Source: Prorocentrum cordatum (Eukaryota). From it: a stretch of DNA of 54,210 nt. Location: positions 62,001-116,210 of the forward strand of contig CAUYUJ010000258.1 in assembly GCA_963575745.1 (NCBI GenBank), read 5' to 3'. Positions 12,924 through 25,994 of this stretch are shown piece by piece. Under the pieces are notes generated by a model. The model was not told the origin of the DNA and did no database searches. It worked only from the letters and a program-made list of their open reading frames with translations. Position numbers and translations under genes: made by a program. Position 1 is the first letter of the stretch. Every line of letters begins with the position of its first letter.

Positions 12924-14597
12924 CTAACCTCTTCCTTTTTTTATGGCCTTCAGAATCGGAACTCGAAGATGTTTACCAACACTGAACGGAACTCCAAGAT
13001 TCCCTGGGGCCCACTCACCAGTACCAGCAAGACATCCAAGATGGTCCTGCACAACTTTCAGCAAACTCTGGGAATTTGCAGCCGCATGCGTCTTCTGTAA
13101 AGCGAGGGGCACCTTCAACGTGGCATTGATGTGGTAGGCCATGGTCACTGCCAAAGCCTTCAACTGAACAGCGCACTCAACAGGTGAGATGTGCCACGAG
13201 TGAAGAGAGAGATCGTCGACATGTGAACCTTGGCGCGTACCTGGATACTCCCTGCCGTGCATGATCGTGTTCCACATGAACGCTTTGGCTTCGTAGGTGG
13301 CAGAGGTGCTGCCCGCAACAATCCCTCGATTAGCATATAACGGCTGCGAATAAGCATCATCGAGAAGAAGAATTCTCTTCCACTTGTAAGTTGACAGCGT
13401 ATACAGCAACACATGCATTGGGAACCCCGAGATGACCCCCTGTTTGATCAGCTCCTGGTGCCCTATGTGCTCGTAGAATTGCTTGAGATCCAACAGAAGA
13501 CTAGCCCAACAGACCTTATCTCCAGTGGCTCGCTCAGCTTCAACCGAAGGCCTCCAAACGATGTCCAAGCTGCTGCGACCCTGGCCCATAGAAAACTCAG
13601 GCCCAAGACCAGCCCGAGCTTCCCAAGATCTGCAGGGGTTCCGATGAGTTTTCCCATGCAACCTTTCGAAGGCGTTGTAGTGCCCTATGGGCCTCCTTCC
13701 TTTGCCGGGACGGCCCATCAAGGACACAATTAGGCTCTGACTCAGTTTAGGCCCTTGCCCCAAGACGTCCATAAGATGATACAACCAGGATAAACAGTCC
13801 AGCGCAGACTCCCCCATCATGCTGAAATGCCTCGGGTGGAAACCATCAGGGCAACATGTGAACTTCGGGAACCTCGAGCTGATGTACCGCAGGGTCTCGC
13901 CTGAAACAGGGCCTGGGACCTCGATGGGAAACTCGGGGGCCCAGAAGTCATCGTCAGACACCTGCTCATCCTCCTCCTTGGCCTTCCAAGCAGCTTTCCA
14001 GATGCTACCTTCTTGGGCGAGACGAGCGGGCAGGCCACTAGAGAAAGAATCCAAGCTCGGTGCAACCTCTTCTTGCACTGGCTCTCCTGCACGTAAGAAT
14101 GCGAAAGCTTGCCTGCCTCCATTGTTGAGCGACTCTGAACACCAGGACTTCCAAGCTTCCCTGTCCCGAGTTCGTTCCTCCACTTGACCTTGGCGGGCCC
14201 ACATGGACACGAAGTCCAGAGTCCACTTCAAAACGTCCTGACGAGTTTCACTGGGCCTCGGAAACGTAAGCCGCTCAGCAATCGACGCCAAGAAAGGATG
14301 CCAGAAGTCGCACCCCTTCCTCCAGAACCTGCGGAACGGGCCACCTCGTTGCGGAATGTCAATCCACTGCTGGACCAAGCGCTCACGGTAATCGTCCTTC
14401 CCAGTCTGGCCGAAAAGGCTCTGGAGCTCCTTGATGCGGAGGATCACCAATTGAATCGCACGGCCAGGAAACGCTGAATCACGTTTACGAGTAGCAAGGC
14501 GCCGATCTAGTCGCGTCGCTTTCAACTCAGAAGGACTTCCTCCAGGCAAACCTGTTCCTTGAACCTTTCTAACATCAACAACCTCACCCCAGGCCAA
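12924..14597 (-). pseudogene. Reverse transcriptase domain of element A ORF2
   Basis: CPDGFHP, GRRPIG, LLLDLKQFYEHI, RGIVAGS and catalytic SHVDDL motifs in a 557-aa open segment; reading frame broken on both sides. Confidence 0.92.
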
Positions 14598-14614
14598 TGG
14601 GACCCACTTCTCAT

Positions 14615-15792
14615 CTATCTTATTGACTTATTGAGAAGCTCGACTCCACGTTCCTTCTCAACCCCTCTGGCCATAAACGTGGTCCCAGAGTCCCCAAGCC
14701 TCGGCTCCAAGAAGTCCTTAAGCTCCTTCGTGAGGTCCGAGAAATCCCTGGGCTCAGGAACGGGCCCGATGGCTCTGACAGCTGGGGCCTTCAGGTACCT
14801 CTTGGGGACATTGACGTAGATGCCTCGAATGGCCTGCTTAATCGTGAGCTCGACGGGCCTGTGGGGGCTGAACGGGCACCTTGGGAATGGCATTGTCTAA
14901 ATTCATGTGCACCACGAAATGGTCCAAGACAGTGCCCACACCTGGCGCCACATAAGTCGGGTCTCCTGGGGCTCTAACGACAGCACAGAGGTACTTCACA
15001 GGGATCCCATCGATGAGGGCGCTCGGGGACATGTTGAAGTCACCCCCAATGATGTAGGGGACCCCGTGCCGAAAAGTGTCATCCCAGATGTGCTGCATGG
15101 TCTTCACGTTATCCTTTGAGGCCAATGGAGTCCTGGAGTTAGGTAGAGTAGATCGCTAGTACTCCAATTTCCGAACTGCGAAGATAGCAACGCGCAACCC
15201 TGCCAGCTACAGCTTCAGCAGACTCCCCAGGGGCGAGAAAAACGTCATAATGCCTTCTGACACACACCATGGTCCCACTCGAAGGATATCCAGATTCGGT
15301 GTACAGACAGTCGGTCCCAAAGACCTTCCATCCACACTTCTGCAGACGATTGATTGTCTTCCGATAGAGGGCCCCTGCAAGATGATGTTCTTGAAACAAA
15401 ACAATGTCAGCGTCTGTCTCTCTAATCATGTCATTGAAACCAGGGGTAGAGCAACTAGCGGGGCGTTCGAGATCTTCGCTGTCATTTGATTCGGCAACCC
15501 AACTAGAGCCATTGAAAGTAATACCGCGGAGATTACGTAGCCTATCACGGCGATGCTTAGAACCCGTCTTGGGCTGGCACGGTGATGCGCCAGTCGTGTC
15601 GATGCGCCTGGCCTGACAACCCTGAGTCAAACATTGACTTCCGTGAATGATTGAGTCTCGTGCCACATCTACAGACAAGCAAGGGCTAGACTTGCAGGTC
15701 CAGCGCCCTAGCGTCGAGATATGGGAAAAACGACCATCTTGAACTTGACAACGCGGTACATTCGGCCAATCGCGGGCGTCAGGCACCCACAT
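14615..15792 (-). pseudogene. APE-type endonuclease domain of element A ORF2 (split by stop/frameshifts)
   Basis: Motifs ITFNGSSW, DIVLFQEHHL, SSGTMV, YIIGGDFNMSP, PTY...VLDHFVV and SPHRPV are spread over ORFs 15139..16968, 14838..15125 and 14615..14893. Confidence 0.88.
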
Positions 15793-15895
15793 GTCCCGTA
15801 TACCATAGTGAGCTTGACAATGAAGTAGAGCATTCGGCAACCCTGAGGGACTCACCTGTTGTCCCAGGCCTGGATCATACGAGGGATGGCGGAGG

Positions 15896-16954
15896 CTAAA
15901 GATCATATGTAGGATCATCACCTCCCGCAACCTCCCACCTAGCATTAGGGTGTGTGTAGTCCGCCATGGCAGTGATGGCACTCGCTGTAGGCTTGCCTCC
16001 ACGACCTGGCGCCCTGAACCGAGGCTTCTTGGTGGCAGCCTTGAGAGAGTCAATGATCTGTCGCTTGACAGCTTCAGAAACACCTTCCACTTCCACGGCA
16101 GCGTTGACATCAACTTCATCCAAGCCCAAAAACGACTCCTCATCAACGTCGACCGTGGCCGCGAACGACGAGTCAAAGGCCTTGACGAACTCCGTGTACT
16201 TGGCTTCCAACCCTGCACGCGCCTCAGCATGTTGGAGGCCCGCCACGAGAGTCTTGAAACCATCCATGTGAGCACGAAGAGCTTTGATATCTGGAACACC
16301 AGGAACAACTTTGGCGGCGGCCACCTTGCGAGCCTCCTCCACAGCGCGACGCTCCTCGGTGATGACCAGCTCCAGATCCTTGCGCTTGACATCAAGCTCG
16401 GTGATCTGACCCACCACAGCGGCGTGGGTGGACTCAAGCTTGCCGATCTTCGAAAGCCTCCGAGCCTCCTCCTGTTCAGCACGGTGAAGAACACGAGACA
16501 AAGAAAGTTGATCTTGATGGGCCTGCTTGGCCTCGGAGTAGGCACTGGAAATGGCGTCGAGCGACCCTTGAGGCAGCAGGTCCTTGAAACGGCCCGTAGT
16601 GCACAGCTGCTGGAGCCGATGGAGCTCGTCCATCGCGGCCCTCGAATGGCCTCGAGCCTGAGATGTTGCAGAGTCGGACGGTGAGCCTCCTCCTCTGCGT
16701 GCCCCACCAGCACCTCCTGTCCCTCGACCGTTGGGCCCCTTTCCACCTCCGCCCCAACGTTGCACAGGGACCCATGGGTTCCGAGTCCAGACATCTCCAG
16801 GTGGCGGGGGAGGGATGACGATTTGCCCAAAACGAGGGAGATCACCGCGGCAGTGATAACAAAACTTGAAGTGCGCAGGGTTCTTTTTGCACCCACACTG
16901 TGGGCAGGCGAGCCCCTTCTCATAGTCGGAATAACGTCTTCCAGAGCGGACCAT
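15896..16954 (-). CDS. ORF1 (gag-like) of element A: N-terminal RanBP2-like C4 zinc finger, coiled coil, basic C-terminal motif
   Basis: Open 352-aa frame from ATG 16954: LACPQCGCKKNPAHFKFCYHC, a Gly-rich linker, helical E/K/A-rich repeats and TKKPRFR. It lies between the SL and the APE domain. Confidence 0.85.
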   Translation of the reverse strand: MVRSGRRYSDYEKGLACPQCGCKKNPAHFKFCYHCRGDLPRFGQIVIPPPPPGDVWTRNPWVPVQRWGGGGKGPNGRGTGGAGGARRGGGSPSDSATSQARGHSRAAMDELHRLQQLCTTGRFKDLLPQGSLDAISSAYSEAKQAHQDQLSLSRVLHRAEQEEARRLSKIGKLESTHAAVVGQITELDVKRKDLELVITEERRAVEEARKVAAAKVVPGVPDIKALRAHMDGFKTLVAGLQHAEARAGLEAKYTEFVKAFDSSFAATVDVDEESFLGLDEVDVNAAVEVEGVSEAVKRQIIDSLKAATKKPRFRAPGRGGKPTASAITAMADYTHPNARWEVAGGDDPTYDL

Positions 16955-17101
16955 CCCAAGACACGCATTGGAACAAGAGGCGGACAATGAAGTCCGCAGG
17001 AAAGCTGGGCTCTGAGGTGGCCCCTGCCCGAGAGATGGAAGTCGAAACACGGCTGAACCCCTTGAGCGAGGTTGGACGTTCAGGATGGGTTTAACCCCAC
17101 C

Positions 17102-17138
17102 CTTGAGCCAAAATGGCTTGAGCCAAAATGGCTACGGC
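17102..17138 (-). other. Dinoflagellate spliced leader (complete 22-mer) followed by a 15-nt SL relict
   Basis: Minus strand reads GCCGTAGCCATTTTGGCTCAAG (17138-17117; matches DCCGTAGCCATTTTGGCTCAAG) then CCATTTTGGCTCAAG (17116-17102). A third, degenerate copy CCAACCTCGCTCAAG (11/15 identity) is at 17075-17061. Confidence 0.97.
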
Positions 17139-18522
17139 TCCTCCTCCTCCTCCTCCTCCTCCTCCTCCTCCTCCTCCTCCTCCTTCTCCTCCTCCTCCTC
17201 CTCCTCCTCCTCCTCCTCCTCCTCCCCCTCCTCCTCCTCCTCCTCCTCCTCTCTCTCGTCCTCCTCTTCGTCCTCCCGTCTTGGTGTTGCTGGTGGTTGA
17301 CCTGCTGGTCTCCGTCGTGGCGCTGGGGGGTAGTGGTGCGGTTGGTCGCGGTCATAGTGCTGTTGGTGGTGGTGGCCGTCGGGGTGGTGGTGCTGGTTGT
17401 TGTCGTCGTGGTGTTGGATGCCAGGCGTAGTCCCCCGATTGTTGTAGGTCGCCGTCGTGCGGTTTCTGCTGGCGGAGCTGTTGGTCGTGCTAGTGGCTGT
17501 GGTTTTGCTTGTAGTCGTGGCGCTCCTGGTCGCTGTCGTGGTGGTGGTGCTGCTGGTCGCAGTCGTGGGGCAACTGCTGGTCGCGGTCGTGGTGGCGCTG
17601 CTGGTCGTAGTCGTGTTGCTGGTGCGGCTGCTGGTACTGGTGCGGCTTGCAGCCTTTGTGGCGCTGCTGGTCGCAGGCGTGGGGCTGCTTGCTGCCGTCT
17701 CGCCGTCCTCTTCGGCCTCCTCCTTCGCCGCCTCGTCTGTCTCCTCTTCCTCCTCATCCTCGCCCTCTCCCCTCCTCTTCGTCTTCCTCGCCCTCTGCCT
17801 CCTCCTCCTCCTCCTCCACCTCCTCCTCCTCCTCCTCCTCCTCCTCCTCCTCCTCCTCCGTGGTGGTGGTGGTGGTGGTGGTGGTGGTGGTGGTCGCGGT
17901 GGCGGGGCTGCTGGCGGTGCTGCTTCTGGTCGCTGTCTCGGTGGCGGCACTGCTGGTCGCCGTCGTGGTTGTGGTCCCGCAGGTTGCTGGTGGCGGTGCT
18001 GGTGGTGGCGCTGTTAATCACCATCGTCGTGGTGGTGCTGGTGGTCGTCGTGGTTGTGGTGGCGGTGCTGGTGGCGGTGCTGCTTGTCGCCGTGGTGGTG
18101 GTAGTAGTGCTGGTCGCCGTCGTGGTTGTGGTGGTGCTGCTAGTCGTTGTCGTGGTGGTGGTCCTCCTGGTCGCCGTCGCAGTGGTGGCGGTGGTGGGGG
18201 TGCTGGCGGTCGTGCTGCTGGTCGCCGCGGTGGCGGTGTTAGTTCTAGTCGCCTTCGTGGTGCCGCGGGTCGCCTTCGTGGTGCCGCGAGTCGCCGTCGC
18301 GGCGTGGGGCTCGTAGTCGCCGCCGTGGTAGTGGTGCTGCTGGTGGCGGGGCTGCTGGTCGCCGTCGGGGTGGAGTGGCTGCTGGTCGTGGTGGTGGTGG
18401 TGGTGGCGCTGCTGGTCGTTGTCGTGGTGGCGGTGCTGGTGATGGTGGTGGTGGTCGCGGTGCTGGTCGCCATCGTGGTCGTCGTCGGGGCGGTAGCGCT
18501 GCTGGTCGCTGTAGTGCTGCTG

Positions 18523-18555
<33 letters not shown>

Positions 18556-18612
18556 TTTGTCGTCGTCGTCGTCGTCGTCGTCGTCGGCGTCGGCGTCGTC
18601 GGCCGTCGTCGG

Positions 18613-18658
<46 letters not shown>

Positions 18659-19020
18659 GGTGTTGCTGGCCGCTGTCGTGGTAATAGTAGTGTTGCTGGC
18701 CGACATCGCGATTGGTTGTGGTGCTACTGGCCGCAGTCGTGGTGCTGGCGGTGCTGGCGGTGGTCCTGCTCGTCGCCGTCGCGGTGGCGCTGCTGGTCAA
18801 AATCGTTGGGCCCTTGGTCGCTGGTGCTGGTACTGGTCGCAGTCGTGGTGCTGCTGGTCGTCGTCGTGGTAGCGGCGCTGCTGCTGCTGGTCCGTGTTTT
18901 GCTGGTGGCGCTGCTTGTAATAGTCGTTGTGCTGCTAGTCGTAGTCGTCGTGGTGGTGGTGTTAGTCGCGGTCGTGGTGGTGACTGGTGGTGCGTTGCTG
19001 GTCGTAATTGTGGCCAGTAG
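17138..19020. repeat. (CCT)n tract abutting the 5' end of element A, then degenerate (GTG/GTC/GCT)n
   Basis: Direct reading. Confidence 0.93.
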
Positions 19021-19610
19021 GTCAAGGCACGCGGGGAGAAGGAGAACAGGCTTCTCATGGGGCCACGGGGCGTGCGAGAGGTGCGCCGACATGAGCAGGA
19101 GAGGGGGCATGTGGACACTGCCGCAATGCCTTCTTGGGCGGCGCCCCCAAATCAGGGAGGTGCGCCGACATGAGCGGCGGAAGGGGGCATGTGGACGCTG
19201 CCGCAAGGCCTTCTGGTGGAGCCCACTGGGGCAGGCCAAGGGGCGCGCGAGAGGCCTGTGATCACAGCCGCTGGCTCCCTGGGTGACAGAGCGCCGAGGG
19301 GTGCTTGGCAGCGCCTGGGGGCTAATTGTGGTTCTTGGAGCGCGCGGGGGCGCCTAGGGACCGCCTGGCAGCACCTGGGGGCGCCAGTGCGCGCAGTTCT
19401 TTCGGGCCCCTGGCAGCGCGAAGGGGCGCCTGGTACTGCTCGGTAGCGCCTGGGGGCGCGCGGGCGTGGGAAAGAAGGTGGCAGGCAGTACTGGCCAGGA
19501 AAATATGTGGTACCCTCGCGCAGGCAAGCGTGGACGAGAGGACCCCAGCCTGACCTGCCAGGCTGCAAGGCACCATTCTCCAGCGGGCGCGTGGACGTTT
19601 GCCACGGTGC

Positions 19611-20602
<992 letters not shown>

Positions 20603-21229
20603 AGGAGTGTGCGAGTGTGGGGGGGGGGCTGGTCGAGGGTAGGTATATTGTCAGGGGCAGGGCTTCTCGGATTCGTCCACGTCTCGACGTGCCGACGGGC
20701 GCAGTGGATAGAGCGGGGGAGGCTGTCAGGCTGCGCTGACATTTGGCAGCCAGTGTGGCAGGCGCGGGGGCAGCGCCACCGGGCTGCTAGACATTTTCTT
20801 GTGACTCTTGTGGCGTCTGGCAGACAGGCCAGATCTCAATGTGGTTCTTAATGTCGGCGCGGCCTGCCGCGTCCTGGTGCTCGTTCTGGCGCTGGAAGAG
20901 GGTCCGCTCCGTGGGCAAGTGGCCCACCGCAAGGTGCTAGGCGCTGCCTTGCTCGCCGCCTGCCTCTTGCCAAACTGCACTGTGCGACAGATACTTTCGG
21001 GCTTCTGCTTTCCCCCGGTTTGTCGTGGACTACTGGCAGGTGCAGTTTTGTAGACGGAGCTCGGCTCGTCGATCCCCTTCCGGGCTTGGTGCGCGAATGT
21101 GGCTGGATTTCTAGGCGGCGCCGGCCCTCGTAGTCGCAGGCCTCTCAGTCCCAACCCTCCTTGGTTGGGTGTTCGTTTCAAACAGAGCAGTGTGGTCTCC
21201 ACTGCTTTTTTCCCGTCCCGCTTCCTTCT

Positions 21230-22645
21230 TCTGCTGGGGGGCCCAGCAGAGTGATGCCACGGGCAGATTCAAAGTACACCTCGCCCTCCCTGGGCGGCGG
21301 CGATCTGTGAAACTGTTGCTACTTTCGAGGCCTGCTGGGGGGCCAAGCTCAGTGACGCCACGTGCCGATCCAAACTGCACCTCGCCATCCCTGGGGGGCG
21401 GCGATCTGTGAAACTGTCGCCACTTTCGAGGCCTGCTGGGGGGCCCAGCTCAGTCACGCCACACGCCGATTCACATTTTATCTCGCCGTATCTGGGGGGC
21501 TGCGAACTGTGAAACTCTCGCCACTTTCGAGGTTTTCTGGGGGGCCCAGCACAAAGACGTCACGCGCGGACCCAAATTAAACCTCGCCGTGTCTGGGGGG
21601 CTGCGATCTGTGAAACTGTCGCTGCTTTCGCGGTCCGTGGGGGGCCCAGCACAGTGACGCCACGGGCAGATTCAAATTACACCTCGCCCCCCCTGGGGGG
21701 CTGCGATCTGTGAAACTGGTGCCACTTTCGAGGCCTGCGGGGGGGGGGGGGGGGGCAAACACAGTGAAGCAACGCGCGGGGCAAAATTATATCTCGCCGT
21801 ATCTGGGGGGCTGCGATCTGTGAAAGTTTTCGTTATTTTCGAGGCCTGTTGAGGGGCCCAGCAGAGTAATGCCACGGTCTGATCCAAATTAAACCTCGCC
21901 GCTCCTGGGGGGCTGCGATCTGTGACACTGCCGCCACTTTCGAGGCCGGCTGGGGGGCCAGCACAGTGACGCCACGGGCGGATTGAAACTATACCTTGCC
22001 ATATCTGGGGGGCTGCAATCTGTGAAACGGTCGCCACTTTCGAGGCCTGCTGGGGGGCCCAGCACAGTGACGCCACGCGCGGACCAAAATTAGACGCCGT
22101 GTCTGGGGGGCTGCGATCTGCGAAACGGTCGCCACTTTTGAGTCCTGCGGGGGGGCCCAGCACAGTGACGCCACGCGCGGGCCCAAATTATACCTCGCCG
22201 TTCCCGAGGGGCTACAGTCTGTGAAATTGTCGCTACTTTCAAGGCTTGCTGGGGTACCCAGCACAGTGACGCCACACGCGGATTCAAAGTAGATCTCGTC
22301 CGCCATCCCTGGGGGGCTGCGAGAGGAGAAACTGATGCCACTTTCGAGGCCTGCGGAGGGGGGCACAGCACAGTAACGCCACGCGCGGACTCAAAGTATA
22401 CCTCGCCACCCCTGGGGGATTCGATCTGTGAACTGTTGCCACTTTCGAGGCCTCCTGGGGGGTTCCGCAGAGTGAGGCCACACGCGGAATCAAATTAGAT
22501 CTCGCCGTCCCTAGGGGGCTGCGATCTGTGAAACTGTCGCCACTTTCGAGGCTTGCTGGGGTGCCCAGCACAGTGACGCCACGCGCGGGCCCAACGTAGA
22601 CCTCGCCATCCCTCGGGGCCTGCGATCTCAGATCCTCGCTTTCGA
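21230..22645. repeat. Satellite, about 101 bp unit, about 14 copies (variant 1)
   Basis: GGGGGCTGCGATCTGTGAAACTGTCGCCACTTTCGAGGCCTGCTGGGGGGCCCAGCACAGTGACGCCAC; CGA(T/A)CTGTG at 21301, 21402, 21503, 21604 and onward. Confidence 0.95.
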
Positions 22646-22967
22646 AGTGACTAGAGTTGCTCGGGGCTTGTGACGAATCAGCTTTATCTAGTCTTTGTCC
22701 TCTAACCAGTGTCCTGCCAGTCTCCCGAATCTCTTCTGCAGACATATGTCACCCTCGCTCCTTCATGCCCTCCTCCCCCTTATAAAGTGTCCTAAACTAT
22801 TTGCGCCCCGCGTTTGCGCAGGGGTTGGGTACGTCGCCAGGGTACTTTTTCTTGGGGGGTGGTGGGGTGGGGTGGGTGTCTCCCGCATGCTTAGGGGGTT
22901 ATGTTGTTTTTCCTGCCTCGTCGCGCCCGTGGCCCTCGCACCCCACCTTCCTCCCCCCTCTCCTGTC

Positions 22968-23300
22968 GCACAGCACAGCGCAGCACAGCGCAGCACAGCG
23001 CAGCACAGCGCAGCACAGCACAGCACAGCGCAGCACAGCGCAGCACAGCACAGTTCAGCACAGCACAGCGAAGCTCAGCATAGCACGGTACAGTGCAGCA
23101 GTCGTATATCAGGGCAGCAGAGCACAGCACAGTACAGCGTAGTAGAGCGCAGCGTAGCACAGCACACAGCACAGTGACACACAGCACGTACCTAGCACAG
23201 CGCAGCTCATCTCAGCACAGCAGTGCGCAGCACAGCGCCGCACCTCAGCACAGCACACTTCAGCACTACACAACACAACACAACACAACACAGCACAGCA
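22968..23300. repeat. (CAGCA/CAGCG)n pentanucleotide repeat
   Basis: Direct reading. Confidence 0.93.
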
Positions 23301-24330
23301 CCTCTCGACACCAGAGGGGGTGCGCAGGGGGTGGTCTCTCAGCACGGCCGCTCTCCGCGACACTGTCGCAAAGCCTCGCAGGCCTGGCACTTTCTGGACA
23401 CCACAGGGGGTGCGTAGGGGGTGGTCTCTCAGCGCGGCCGCTAGCCACGACACCTGTCGCAAAAGGCCAGCAGGCGAAGCACTTTCTGGACACCGTGGGG
23501 GGTGAGCAGGGGGTGGTCTCTCAGCGCGGCCGCTTTCCACGACACTGTCGCTAAGCTTAGCAGGCGTGGCACTTTCTCGGCACCAGAAGGGGGTGCGCAG
23601 GGGGTGGGGGTGGTCTCTCAGCGCGGCTGCTCTCCACGACACTGTCGCAAAAAGGCCAGCCGGCGAAGCACTTTCTGGACACCCTGAAGGGTGCGCAGGG
23701 GGTGGTCTCGCAGCGCGGCCGCTCCCCACGACACTGTCGCAAAAGGCCAGCAGGCGTGGCACGTTCTGGACACCACAAAGGGTGCGCAGGGGGTGGTCTC
23801 GCAGCGCGGCCGCTCTCCACGACACCGTCGCAAAGCGTAGCAGGCGTGGCACTGTCTGGACACCTTGGGGGGTGAGCAGGGGGTGGTCTCTCAGCGCGGC
23901 CGCTCTCCACGACACTGTCGCAAAGCCTAGCAGGCGTGCCGCTTCTGGACAACACAGGAGGGTCACAGGGGGTGGTCTCCCAGCGCTGCCACTATCCACG
24001 ACACCGTCGCAAAGCCTCGCAGGCGTGGCACTTCTGGGCGCCATGAAGGGTGCGCCGGGGGTGGTCTCGCAGCGCGGCCGCTACCCAAGACTCTCTTGCA
24101 AAGCCTAGCTGGCGTGGCACTTCTGGACACCATAAGGGGTGCGCAGGGGGTGGTCTCTCAGCGCGGCCGCTCTCCACGACACTGTCGCAAAGCCTAGCAG
24201 GCGTGGCACTTTCTGGACACCTTGGGGGGTGCGAGGGGGGTGGTCTCTCAACGCGGCCGCTATCCACGACACTGTCGCAAAGGCCAGCAGGCGTGGCACT
24301 TTTTGGACACCACAGAGGGTGCGGAGGGGG
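23301..24330. repeat. Satellite, about 90 bp unit, about 11 copies
   Basis: GTGGTCTC recurs at 23331, 23421, 23513, 23609, 23702, 23793, 23883 and onward; unit contains GCGGCCGC and CAGGCGTGGCACTTT. Confidence 0.95.
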
Positions 24331-24920
24331 TGGAGTGCAGTCGCTATTCGTTTCGGCCACGAAAAGCGTGGCAGGCGTGACACTTCCTCGACGCCATAGG
24401 GGGTGCGCTGGGGGTGCGGTCGCTGTCCGTTTCGGTCTCGCAACGCGTGGCAGGCGCGGTGCTTTCTCTATGCCACAGGGTGTGCGCCAGGGGTGCGGTC
24501 GCTATCTGCTTCGGCCTCGCAACGCGGGCAATCGTGCCACTTTCGCGACGCCACGCGGGGTGCGCTGGGGGTACGGTCGCTATCTGTTCCGGGTTTGCAA
24601 AGCGTTGCAGGCGTGGCAACTTCTCGACGCCGAAGGGGGGGCCCTGGGGGTTCGGTCGCTCACCGTTTCGGGCTTGCAAAGCGTGGCAGGCGTGACACTT
24701 CCTCGGCGCCGCTGGGAGTGCGCTGGGGGTGCGGTCGCTGTCCGATTTGGGTTCGCAAAGCGTTTGCAGGCGCGGTACTTTCCCGATGCCACAGGATGTG
24801 CGCTGGGGGTGCGGCCGCTATCCGTTTCGGCTTCGCAAGCGTGGCAGGCGTGGCATTTTCTCGACGCCAAAAGGGGATGCCTTCTGGTTCGGGCTCGCAA
24901 AAGTGTGGCTGGCGCGGCGC
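24331..24920. repeat. Related satellite, about 78 bp unit
   Basis: GGGTGCGCTGGGGGTGCGGTCGCT...GCAAAGCGTGGCAGGCGTG repeated about 7 times. Confidence 0.88.
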
Positions 24921-25130
24921 TTCTCCTCTCCACCTCTCCCCGTGAGTGGCGTCACCAAGCGTGTCGGCGGGGCAACGGCCATCAACATCATTCTCACATG
25001 CTTCACTTCAGCTATCCTCACTCCAACCATACTATAAGTATGTGGGGTTTCTCGGTGGCGTAATCTATTCCCCGCATCCAAAGTGGGGTTCTTGTTTTCT
25101 CTGGACACCCCGCGCAGGAACACAAACCCA

Positions 25131-25185
25131 CAACCACCACCACCACCACCACCACCACCACCACCACCACCACCACCACCATCAT

Positions 25186-25223
<38 letters not shown>

Positions 25224-25226
25224 CCC

Positions 25227-25269
<43 letters not shown>

Positions 25270-25276
25270 TATCATT

Positions 25277-25311
<35 letters not shown>

Positions 25312-25318
25312 TATCATT

Positions 25319-25350
<32 letters not shown>

Positions 25351-25400
25351 CATCATCATCATCATCATCATCCTCATCCTCATCCTCATCATCATCATCG

Positions 25401-25434
<34 letters not shown>

Positions 25435-25502
25435 CATCATCATCATCCTCATCCTCATCATCATCATCATCATCATCATCATCGTCATCGTCATCATCAC
25501 CG

Positions 25503-25536
<34 letters not shown>

Positions 25537-25975
25537 CATCATCATCATCATCATCATCCTCATCATCCTCATCCTCATCAGCATCATCATCATCATCATC
25601 ATCATCATCATGATCATCATCATCATCATCATCATCATCCTCATCGTCATCATCATCATCATCATCATCATCATCACTCGTTTCTCACTCACTCACTCAC
25701 TCATCATCCCTCGCACACTCACTCACTCACTCACTCACTCGCTCACTCACTCATTCACTCACTCACTCACTGACTCATCAGCACTCACATCTGATGATGC
25801 GGATTGTGCGCGTGAGAGAGTGTGATGGTCATCATCACCATCACCAGTCAGTCAGTCAGTCAGTCAGTCAGTCAGTCAGTCAGTCAGTTAGTCAGTCAGT
25901 CAGTCAGTCGGTCAATCACTCACTCACTCACTCACTCACTCACTCACTCACTCATTCACTCACTCACGCACTTAC
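25131..25975. repeat. Compound microsatellite (CAC)n-(CAT)n-(CACT)n-(CAGT)n
   Basis: Direct reading. Confidence 0.97.
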
Positions 25976-25994
25976 TCGCCTTGGGCCTCGTCTG

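Larger units (their letters stand above)
10757..17138 (-). mobile_element. Full-length non-LTR retrotransposon A (about 6.4 kb; ORF1 + APE-RT-CCHC-RNase H), SL-capped, frameshifted
   Basis: Domains are ordered on the minus strand as ORF1, APE, RT, CCHC knuckle, RNase H. The 5' end coincides with the DinoSL. The 3' end runs through (GTCGCTGAG)2 into (GAG)n. (CTC)n lies on both sides on the plus strand. Confidence 0.93.

Noticed and set aside
15800..16968. N-terminal two-thirds of the 609-aa ORF 15139..16968
   Set aside because: Shadow frame overlapping ORF1; only the C-terminal APE part is credible.
17102..17138. SL-RNA gene
   Set aside because: The SL is followed by a relict and the element 5' UTR, not by a GT donor with an SL-RNA intron.
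24946..25773. Poly-His ORF
   Set aside because: (CAT)n microsatellite.
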